From: Patescibacteria group bacterium
GTDB lineage: Bacteria; Patescibacteriota; Dojkabacteria; JAKAPS01
Reading direction: 5' to 3'
Assembly (NCBI GenBank): GCA_025450075.1
Contig: JANWIC010000011.1
Coordinates: forward strand, 902-64,901
DNA length: 64,000 nt
In this document: positions 56,558 to 64,000 of the stretch, piece by piece
How positions within the stretch are numbered: the stretch's first letter is position 1
How the letters are laid out: every line of letters starts with the position of its first letter
Made by a program: the position numbers and the translations under genes
The notes under the pieces: generated by a model
The model's input: only the letters and a program-made list of their open reading frames with translations
Told to the model about the DNA's origin: nothing
Databases searched by the model: none

Positions 56558-57790
56558 TTATTTATAACTAAAGGTTCCTGAATCTGTTACAAGAACAGTA
56601 ATCCAGGTATTTCCGCGATTAAATTGCACAGGATTGTTGTTTTGGTCATAAAACATGGTACGGTCTGTCAAGGAAATTTTCTTCCATGACCCATCGATCT
56701 CTTTTCCGTCTAAAAAGATACTTGCCTTTCCGGTTCCTGTTGTATCAAGATGGAAGACATCTTTTCCGCCTGAAGACGTATATATGTTGCCGTTAACAAA
56801 TTGTACCACAATATTTTTTGCAGTTACAGGCGTTCCGGTAAGTCTGTCCTGTTGTGAAAGAGTTGTATCTCCGTAATCATAACGAGTATAGGTATTATTG
56901 GCCCTGCTATATAACCATTTAACTGAATAATAAGGATCATCACTCATGAAGTCAATATTTAAAGCAGAAAGATCAATACCTCTGTTTGCAAGCACTGCAT
57001 CATCTTTAAATGTCCATTGGTTGAAATTAGAAGGAAGATTCCATCCAGAGGAAGCACCATCATTCCATATCTTTTGTGGGAATCCATACCCATTATGTGG
57101 TGCATCACGAGATTCATCACGGCAAAATAATCCGGTTGCACTGTTACAACTTTGGTCAGTACCCGGCTGAAAAATCGCATCAATGTTCCTGATTCCATCG
57201 GGTCCTAGAGAAGGTGCAACATCGCTGTTTTGCCCCCAATGGGCATATATTGCATTGTACTCATTAACCCAATCAAGGAAGTAAGTCCTTGCACTTCTGA
57301 CAGGTCCGACAAGAGACGGCGTATTCCCTAAAAACACAGCCATAAACCTTGTAATGCCACCTTCAGCGAGTGTTTCATAGACAATATCTGCCTGACTTAA
57401 CCCGGTTTGAGGACGGGCAGAAATCGAGTTTTCAATCATAACTGCAAGAGGTGGACGATTCAAATTACTTACGGATTGACCGGTATAGGTGACTCCTGTT
57501 AACGGATCAATTTTTGTTATTGGAGTTGGGGTTGGGGTTGGTGTAAACGTGGATGTAACTTTTGTCGTTTCAGGCTTTTGGTATCCATGGGCAATTATAT
57601 AAATGTATATTCCAATTGCAAAAAGAATAGCTATTGCAAATATGATACTGACTAAAATTACCATTCTTTTAAATGGAACTTGATAGGTATACCAACGGTA
57701 AACTCTTTTAAGTAAAGGTATTTTACCTGTATTGGTCATCGATTCGGGAATATCTGGAGATGCACTGATCCCTCCGAGAGTTGTTTCCAT
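56558..57790 (-). CDS. DUF3048-family secreted/membrane-anchored protein (YerB-like)
   Basis: 410 aa. N-terminal TM. ARPQTGLSQADIVYETLAEGGITRFMAVF matches DUF3048. Confidence 0.6.
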   Translation of the reverse strand: METTLGGISASPDIPESMTNTGKIPLLKRVYRWYTYQVPFKRMVILVSIIFAIAILFAIGIYIYIIAHGYQKPETTKVTSTFTPTPTPTPITKIDPLTGVTYTGQSVSNLNRPPLAVMIENSISARPQTGLSQADIVYETLAEGGITRFMAVFLGNTPSLVGPVRSARTYFLDWVNEYNAIYAHWGQNSDVAPSLGPDGIRNIDAIFQPGTDQSCNSATGLFCRDESRDAPHNGYGFPQKIWNDGASSGWNLPSNFNQWTFKDDAVLANRGIDLSALNIDFMSDDPYYSVKWLYSRANNTYTRYDYGDTTLSQQDRLTGTPVTAKNIVVQFVNGNIYTSSGGKDVFHLDTTGTGKASIFLDGKEIDGSWKKISLTDRTMFYDQNNNPVQFNRGNTWITVLVTDSGTFSYK

Positions 57791-58073
57791 GAGGCGCTGA
57801 AAACTTAAAATATTGGTTACCTACACTATAGCATATATATCTTATTAAGTGTCAAGAAGCCTGAAAGTAGGGCAAATTCGCCCTTCTGTTTTGGTGTATG
57901 ATATATTACAGATTCCTTCCTTCTTCTACGGCTAGAATATAATAGTAGAGAAAAGGGTATACTATATATTTCGGAACATGATTATTATTGTGTATACCAT
58001 CAATTTTATTCATGAGTCCTTGCTTTTTTAATGATTTTGTGCTAAACTATAGGTTAGTTAATCTAAATAAATT

Positions 58074-59903
58074 ATGTATAAGACTAAAGCAAACAAGTTC
58101 TTTGTAGCCTTTCAGATATTTCTGATTGTAACGGCAGGTGTTTTCACGTTTTCTTACTTTTCGGCAAACAGTAATGCAAGTCCGAGCGGTATGGCATCTT
58201 TAGCTGCAACTACTGCAAGCGGATGTACTATTAACCCGGTAAATGTTTGGAATTGTCCTCACTATACAACAACGCTTCCATCTAATGTAGCGTATAGCGG
58301 TATTCCGACTTCATTAACTTTGAACCAACCTTATACATTTAATGTCAGCGTTCATGTAAATAAACTCCTTTCCAATTTAATCAATGGAAAAAGTGACAAT
58401 TTTGGAATTAGTCTTGCCAGAGTTGACCAATCACCTATAGGAACATCAATTGATACACCAAATAATACCATTACAGTAGAATCCCTTTCTCAAAACAGAG
58501 GTGCTGATTCTAATCTTGGAGATTTGCAAGAAGCAGTATATAACAATGCTTCTCCAATCGGTGCAGGAAAACAATGGAGTACATATCAATGTGCAGGAAG
58601 TTTAAAAAGTGTAGCGAATGTAACAGTCGGACAGACATATGCATTTTCATGTATATTCACTCCAACTCGAACAGGATTTTATCAGGTTGATGTAAACAGT
58701 CAGGCATATTACAACAATTCGACACAAAATTGTGTTCAGGGATTGTGTGGACCTATCGCAGCATTATTTGTAAAAGTAGATAAGACTGTTCCAACAGAAA
58801 CACCTACAGCAACAGCAACACCAACACCTACATCTACACCAACTGGTACTCCAACACCAAGTGCTGAATGTACAAATATCATTCTTTCAGATGCAACAAA
58901 TACGAGCCAAGTATACCCAAATAACAGCCAGGTAACTCCAATTCAAGTAAACGGACAGGCTACAAATAATAGCAGAAATATAAATGCTACGATTACTGGT
59001 ACTGCAAATAACATTTCATCTCTTGGAGTAAAATGGGCAGTTACCGGAACTGATGCAACAACATCTCAAGCAATAACTGTTGATGAATCAAGCCAATTAT
59101 CCAATATTCAAACCAATGGAAATGGACAGTATAGCGCAACATATACATTCCGCTTCGGCCCATTTGACAGTGGAAAGAATTTCGATTCATCAAATATTAC
59201 AGCTAACCATAATTACGTATATTCAATAAATCCTTCACTATACATAAACAATCAGTTATTCAGTTCAAACATTCCAAATTGTAATGGAAGACTTCTTACA
59301 ACTTCAGTAGGAACGGTGCTTCCTACACAGACTACTGCTAGCATTACTGTTACAAAAACAAGAATAACAAATGAACCAATAACAGTAGGACAGGATGCAA
59401 CATTTAAAATTACGATCACAAACTCAGGAACTGAACCACTTACAAATGTTATGTTTGACGATAACTATGGAAATACCGGTGTAATGTCATACAAATCCGG
59501 AAATGTATTTGAAACAAATAGCGGAACAAACAGTGGAACTGTTGATATCTCACAACAATTGGTAAACAGTGCAAACAACGGTACAACAACTACAATAAAC
59601 CTAACCTCTCTTAATGGGATGAAGAATCTGCAACCAAATGACAGCTTCACTTTGATGCTGACATTTACCGGACAAAGTGCAACTGCAAATAATAACACAA
59701 CAACAGATGTTGCAACTGGAACAGGTACTTCAACTGTATCCAATAACAAAGTAACAAATTCTGCTGAAGCAACGGTGACTTTCTCACCTATCCCTTCATC
59801 TCCAAATACTGGAGCTGATACAGGAATAACATTTGGTGCATTAGCTCTATTGTTAGCTTCTATCGCAGGAAAGAAATACTTTTTGAAATTTTTAATAGGG
59901 TAA
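58074..59903 (+). CDS. Cell-surface protein with DUF11-like repeat, TP-rich linker and a C-terminal sortase-type sorting signal (SPNTG + TM + KK tail)
   Basis: 609 aa. Signal/TM at the N-terminus. TPTATATPTPTSTPTGTPTP linker. VGQDATFKITITNSGTEPLTNV (DUF11-like). C-terminus IPSSPNTGADTGITFGALALLLASIAGKKYF. Confidence 0.5.
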   Translation: MYKTKANKFFVAFQIFLIVTAGVFTFSYFSANSNASPSGMASLAATTASGCTINPVNVWNCPHYTTTLPSNVAYSGIPTSLTLNQPYTFNVSVHVNKLLSNLINGKSDNFGISLARVDQSPIGTSIDTPNNTITVESLSQNRGADSNLGDLQEAVYNNASPIGAGKQWSTYQCAGSLKSVANVTVGQTYAFSCIFTPTRTGFYQVDVNSQAYYNNSTQNCVQGLCGPIAALFVKVDKTVPTETPTATATPTPTSTPTGTPTPSAECTNIILSDATNTSQVYPNNSQVTPIQVNGQATNNSRNINATITGTANNISSLGVKWAVTGTDATTSQAITVDESSQLSNIQTNGNGQYSATYTFRFGPFDSGKNFDSSNITANHNYVYSINPSLYINNQLFSSNIPNCNGRLLTTSVGTVLPTQTTASITVTKTRITNEPITVGQDATFKITITNSGTEPLTNVMFDDNYGNTGVMSYKSGNVFETNSGTNSGTVDISQQLVNSANNGTTTTINLTSLNGMKNLQPNDSFTLMLTFTGQSATANNNTTTDVATGTGTSTVSNNKVTNSAEATVTFSPIPSSPNTGADTGITFGALALLLASIAGKKYFLKFLIG

Positions 59904-59916
59904 GGTATAATCGCCA

Positions 59917-59948
59917 TAGACTCAATACTATTGATCTATGGCGAAACC
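59917..59948. repeat. 9-bp inverted repeat CGCCATAGA/TCTATGGCG enclosing the start codon of the next small ORF
   Basis: Seen directly in sequence. 14 nt after the surface-protein stop. No U-tract. Confidence 0.35.
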
Positions 59949-60222
59949 TAACTTAAGAAGCGAAATTCAAGCTCTCAGAAATCAAGCAAAAGCTAGAGGA
60001 CATGACAGTAAAGTCAGTAATGAAGAACTAAAGAAGAAAGCTTTTACACACAACGAATCTGATAAATCCACACATAAGTATGTGTACAGGGATATATTTC
60101 GTACTTTCCTGTTTCTTCTTGTTGCGCTTATTATTTTGTTTTTGGCATCAGTCAAGATGAGTTCTCTTCTTCCATTTGAACATGCCAGACAAGCACTTCA
60201 TATTACCCAATTTTCATTCTAA
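59938..60222 (+). CDS. Small hypothetical membrane protein
   Basis: 94 aa. Basic N-terminal half, then one TM helix. Confidence 0.3.
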   Translation: MAKPNLRSEIQALRNQAKARGHDSKVSNEELKKKAFTHNESDKSTHKYVYRDIFRTFLFLLVALIILFLASVKMSSLLPFEHARQALHITQFSF

Positions 60223-60252
60223 GGACTGCTTTTATGTGATATAATATGCGCG

Positions 60253-60562
60253 CCAGTAGTTCAAGTGGCTGCGTATATGGATTCCATATATGAGGAAAGT
60301 CCGAGCTCAGGCAGACCTAGTCTGCAGACGTGCTGGGTAACACCCAGGGGGGAGTGATCTTCCGAATAGGGCAACAGAAAATATACAGCTAAGGTTTCTT
60401 AGCAATGGTGAAATGGCAGGGTAAGAGCCTACCGCTTGCCTAGTAATAGACAAGGCAGTGCAACCTCCACATGAGCAAGTAGAGAACTACGCATGAGCTT
60501 TAGTGAGAACTAGAGCCTAGATAGATAGCCACATAAACAGAACTCGGCTTACGGACTACTGG
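60253..60562 (+). ncRNA. rnpB: RNase P RNA, bacterial type A
   Basis: P1 CCAGUAGU...ACUACUGG. P4 GAGGAAAGUCCGAGCUC. GGGUAACACCCAGGGGGGAG. GGGCAACAGAAA. GGUGAAAUGGCAGGGUAAGAGCCUACC. ACAGAACUCGGCUUA. All align to the M1 RNA consensus. No ORF in this span. Confidence 0.9.
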
Positions 60563-60578
60563 TATTAAATATTTACAT

Positions 60579-62162
60579 ATGTATCTAAAAATCACAAATT
60601 TACGAAAACGTTATGACGGCAGAAATGTCTTGAATAAGGTAACATTTATTGCCGGTAACGGCGAAAGGATTGGCTTAATCGGCAAGAATGGAGCTGGAAA
60701 AACGACTCTTTTACGCCTGATTGCAGGATTAGATATCCCTACTTCAGGGAAAATCGAAAAAGACCCACCTCGAGCAAGCATCGGTTATCACCAGCAAGTA
60801 GTCATGGAAAGGACGATGCGTATCGAAGAGTTTATCCTCTCTTCAATCTCCTATCTTTGGGAAATTAAGGAGAAATTGCAACAGGCATTTGACCAAAAAT
60901 TGCTTGAAGAATATGAAATACGGGGTGGCTTTATTGCTGAATCACGAATTAAGGCAACGCTGCAAAAGCTTGGTCTTGGGGCATATAATGAACGAACACC
61001 AATTGCAACGTTATCGGGAGGTGAGAAAACAAGACTGCAACTTGCTCCAATCCTACTAATAAAGCCAGATATCCTTCTACTTGATGAACCGACTAACCAT
61101 TTGGATATAGATGGAATTACCTTTCTGGAAAACTACATTAAGAATTACCAGGGACTTGTCATCATTGCTACCCATGATGTTGAACTGTTAAAAAACTGTG
61201 CCAGTCGAATGATGGAACTTGATGAAGGAAAACTCCTTGATATTCATACCAGTTATACCAATTTTTATGACGAAAAAGACCGGATAAAAAAACACAGCCA
61301 GGAAGAGTACAAAATGCAAAAGCAAGAATTAAAAAAACTTCATGAGAATCTTGCGATGTTTCAGGAATCCCAATATCTTGCAGAAAACCAAAAAAGAATT
61401 GTTCGAAAAGATAATGACAAAATGGGTTTTAATTTCCTCGCTGAAAAAGCTGCAAGAAAATTCTCCAGGCGGGCTGATGTAGTTCGAAGGAAAATTGACA
61501 ATTTTGAGAATTTAGAAAAGCCACAGGAAGGGTGGAAAATGATGCTTGATTTGCATACAACTCCCCAAAACAAACTTGTATGGACTCTCAAAGACATATC
61601 CATTACCTACGGGAAGCAGCAAGTAATCCGGAATTTCTCATATGATATCTATTCTCATGAAAAAATTGCATTAGTCGGACCAAACGGATCTGGAAAAACA
61701 ACCCTGCTCAAAACATTAGCTAATCAGATGAAACCTGATAGCGGTGAAATTACAAGGAATGAATCCGTCCATGTAGGATATTTAAGCCAGGACCATTTGG
61801 AGATTGATGTGACAAAAACAATTATTGAAGATTTCTTAAACAGCACAGAAGTGAATGAAGCTGTTTCTAGAACCTATCTTCATCGTTTTCTTTTTAAAGA
61901 CAGTGAAGTCTATCGCCACATCAGCACATTCTCCCAAGGAGAAAAAGCAAAATATGCATTCGCAAAGATGCTATTCTTCAAACCGGATTACCTACTGTTA
62001 GATGAACCTACAAACTATATGGATATTGAATCAAAAGAAATTATCATACAGGCTCTTGATGAATTTCCAAATGGCATGATAATTGCAACGCATGACAGGC
62101 AGCTTTTAAAAAAGCTTTCCATAGACCGAATGATTACATTGGATAAAAACACTAAGTCGTAA
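60579..62162 (+). CDS. ABC-F family ATPase (two tandem ABC domains, no TMD)
   Basis: 527 aa. Two Walker A (GKNGAGKTT, GPNGSGKTT), two LSGGE signatures and an inter-domain linker. Confidence 0.85.
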   Translation: MYLKITNLRKRYDGRNVLNKVTFIAGNGERIGLIGKNGAGKTTLLRLIAGLDIPTSGKIEKDPPRASIGYHQQVVMERTMRIEEFILSSISYLWEIKEKLQQAFDQKLLEEYEIRGGFIAESRIKATLQKLGLGAYNERTPIATLSGGEKTRLQLAPILLIKPDILLLDEPTNHLDIDGITFLENYIKNYQGLVIIATHDVELLKNCASRMMELDEGKLLDIHTSYTNFYDEKDRIKKHSQEEYKMQKQELKKLHENLAMFQESQYLAENQKRIVRKDNDKMGFNFLAEKAARKFSRRADVVRRKIDNFENLEKPQEGWKMMLDLHTTPQNKLVWTLKDISITYGKQQVIRNFSYDIYSHEKIALVGPNGSGKTTLLKTLANQMKPDSGEITRNESVHVGYLSQDHLEIDVTKTIIEDFLNSTEVNEAVSRTYLHRFLFKDSEVYRHISTFSQGEKAKYAFAKMLFFKPDYLLLDEPTNYMDIESKEIIIQALDEFPNGMIIATHDRQLLKKLSIDRMITLDKNTKS

Positions 62163-62562
62163 TTGGCACAGGAGGTGCAATTTGAAGATTATTTGCATTA
62201 TCCATTTCTTTTTTTGATTCAGCAATAAACATGATCACGAGTATGACCCAGATGATGATAAGACCTCCAGCAATGGGAATTGTCCACCAATAATTTTTCA
62301 AAAAATCAGAACTTCCTGCCTGGAGGCTTTCTGAAAACGTTTGTGTTGCATTCGTAACTTGTGTAACAGATGGAGATATGAAAGACTGGATTGTTCTTGT
62401 AGGGGTTAGGGAATCTGCTGAGGAAGAAATACTGCTACTTCCGCGATAAATCTGGGTAATCGTAACCGGAATTGCAAATGTTACAAACAAGATTAAAAAA
62501 GCCGTCACATACTTTTTTATACGGCTAAACCGGCCTTGTTCTTCAAGCATTTCTGTAATCAT
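62152..62562 (-). CDS. Small hypothetical membrane protein
   Basis: 136 aa. Two TM helices flank a Ser/Thr-rich segment. Confidence 0.3.
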   Translation of the reverse strand: MITEMLEEQGRFSRIKKYVTAFLILFVTFAIPVTITQIYRGSSSISSSADSLTPTRTIQSFISPSVTQVTNATQTFSESLQAGSSDFLKNYWWTIPIAGGLIIIWVILVIMFIAESKKEMDNANNLQIAPPVPITT

Positions 62563-62612
62563 ATGGCAGTTTTTCTACTCTATCCTATCTTACACTAACT
62601 TGAGATATATAA

Positions 62613-63554
62613 TCAAATACCCAGCTTTTTTCCATACCCATTTACAAACTCAGCACCTGACATTTCACGTTTGCCCGTCGGCTTTACTGTTAAAAGTTCT
62701 AACATACCATCTTTACATCCAACATATAGGTGTCGAATACCTTCTTGTTTTATCGAACGAAACTCCCCTGGATTAATGGTTAAGTCAAGAATCTGTTCGC
62801 TTGGCCTGACGGAAATGAGTTGAAATGTGATATCCCCTATTGATTTTGTAATATATTCAAATGGCGCAATACTTCTGACTGCACGATCTATTTCGATAGC
62901 ACGATGTGTCATCCAATCTACTTCTTTTATTTCTTGTATCTGCTTGATATAGCAATAGGTTGCATCTGATGCATTTTGCTTTATTAATGGAAGTTCACCT
63001 TTTCCATATGCCGAAATCACTGTGACTAAAATCCTGACCCCAATTTCTGCTATTCGGTCTGCTAATGATCCGAATGTTTCTTCAGATTGTAATGAAAGTT
63101 TCTCCTGGATGAGAATATCTCCCGTATCCATCCCTTCATCCATCTTTATAATACTTACACCACTTTCGGTAAGCCCATCAAAAATTGCTTTTTGCATAGG
63201 TATGGCACCTCGAAGTTTTGGTAAATATGAGCCATGAATATTTAAAAAGCCCTTTGGAGGAATAGAAAGTATTTTAGCTGAAATGATTTTTCCATACGAG
63301 GCAACGATACATAGGTCTGGGTTAAGGTTTTGTAAAAAAGATGGAATCTCAGGTGTATTGACACAACTGGGGATTTGAAATTTATCAGCGATCTGTTTTA
63401 CTACATTTGGTGTAACGGTCATACCTCTTCCTGATGAGGCATCAGGTTTTGTTACCACTCCTGTTATGGAATACCCTTCATCTTCTTGTTTTTCAAGAAG
63501 ATGAAAGAGAGTTTTTTGAGCAAATTGGGAACTTCCAAAAAAGACAATTTTCAT
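62613..63554 (-). CDS. fmt: Methionyl-tRNA formyltransferase. Start at the internal Met (MKIVFFGSS); the ORF track extends to 63620.
   Basis: KIVFFGSSQFA N-terminus. NIHGSYLPKLRGAIPMQKAI (formyltransferase H/D motif region). C-terminal Fmt domain. Confidence 0.85.
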   Translation of the reverse strand: MKIVFFGSSQFAQKTLFHLLEKQEDEGYSITGVVTKPDASSGRGMTVTPNVVKQIADKFQIPSCVNTPEIPSFLQNLNPDLCIVASYGKIISAKILSIPPKGFLNIHGSYLPKLRGAIPMQKAIFDGLTESGVSIIKMDEGMDTGDILIQEKLSLQSEETFGSLADRIAEIGVRILVTVISAYGKGELPLIKQNASDATYCYIKQIQEIKEVDWMTHRAIEIDRAVRSIAPFEYITKSIGDITFQLISVRPSEQILDLTINPGEFRSIKQEGIRHLYVGCKDGMLELLTVKPTGKREMSGAEFVNGYGKKLGI

Positions 63555-63613
63555 CAGTTTGTTGTAATGATAGAGACATAATACCAAACTTTTACCATAT
63601 TTAAAAGGTTTTA

Positions 63614-63643
63614 TTGACATTGCTGTAATGAATGCGGTAATAT
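63614..63643 (+). promoter_or_regulatory. Sigma70-like promoter for rny
   Basis: TTGACA, 18 nt, TAATAT, about 55 nt upstream of the ATG at 63699. Confidence 0.45.
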
Positions 63644-63698
63644 ATACCCATTAGATCCGTGGAATTGCGGCTGTATTATTATTTTACTATGACTAATT

Positions 63699-64000
63699 AT
63701 GGAATCCATATTACTCGCACTGCTGGGGGCAGCTCTAGTAGGAACTGGTGGGTTGAGCGCCTACCTGTACAAATCTCTGTCTGATGAAAAAGTTAAGAGG
63801 GAAAAGGAAATAAATGCCCTCAAAAATATCCCTGAAGAAAGGCAATTAGAGCTTGTTGGCACGAAGGCAAAAGAAATCTTGCTAAGTGCTGAAAGAAAGG
63901 CTCTCGAAATCCAAGCGGAAATGGACAAAAAGTCCCAAACTGCACGTGAGGAGATAGCTAACCTGGAAAGACGACTTATCACCCGGGAAGAGGCTGTAGA
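63699..64000 (+). CDS. rny: Ribonuclease Y, N-terminal fragment (runs off the window)
   Basis: Translation MESILLALLGAALVGTGGLSAYLYKSLSDEKVKREKEINALK...ERRLITREEAV gives an N-terminal TM helix then a charged coiled coil, as in RNase Y. The track lists only a minus-strand 73-aa ORF here, probably spurious. Confidence 0.65.
   Translation, partial: MESILLALLGAALVGTGGLSAYLYKSLSDEKVKREKEINALKNIPEERQLELVGTKAKEILLSAERKALEIQAEMDKKSQTAREEIANLERRLITREEAV

Noticed and set aside
57791-58073. Short hairpin GGGCAAATTCGCCC + TCTGTTTT on the plus strand, as a possible terminator or small RNA.
   Set aside because: No upstream plus-strand gene for it to terminate. The stem is only 4-5 bp. More likely chance structure within a divergent promoter region.
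58780-58870. Tandem TPTATATPTPTSTPTGTPTP repeats (also 35640-35760) and the Q-rich repeats in 37300-38000, considered as possible DNA tandem-repeat or CRISPR-like arrays.
   Set aside because: The periodicity is at the codon level within long ORFs (Thr/Pro linkers, coiled coil). There are no regular direct repeats with unique spacers. No CRISPR array is present in the window.

Overview
AT-rich window, roughly one-third GC by eye, densely packed with housekeeping genes typical of a small, monoderm-like genome. Sortase, UppP, a PcsB-like hydrolase next to FtsEX, long-form HPF and T-box leaders suggest a possible Patescibacteria/CPR-like or low-GC Gram-positive lineage; this is inference. The genetic code appears standard, since RF2 is present. 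Information-processing and repair genes: partial glyQS, recO, ileS, serS, hpf, secA, two tandem greA, prfB, miaA, hup, def, relA/spoT, recJ, recX, recA, secD, secF, an ABC-F ATPase, fmt and partial rny. RNA genes: RNase P RNA (type A, about 60253-60562, +) and one tRNA-Glu(CUC) (34887-34959, -). Positions 863-14570 form a cell-envelope glycosylation island. It holds a DUF4012 protein, four GT4 glycosyltransferases, an embedded receiver-only response regulator with a histidine kinase, an unannotated KGG stress peptide, an 844-aa double GT2 protein and an orphan VirD4/HerA-like membrane ATPase. Most notable finds: (i) two T-box-like leader RNAs upstream of ileS and serS, each with the cognate codon in a hairpin terminal loop, a textbook antiterminator for serS whose UGGCACC bulge matches tRNA-Ser, and for ileS a conserved antiterminator helix with only a partial T-box bulge match; (ii) a PcsB-like coiled-coil protein with a C39/papain-like peptidase domain directly upstream of ftsEX; (iii) a sortase plus a DUF11-like surface protein with a non-canonical sorting signal; (iv) a HEPN/MNT pair. 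No CRISPR arrays, rRNA, or obvious transposases or integrases were seen.
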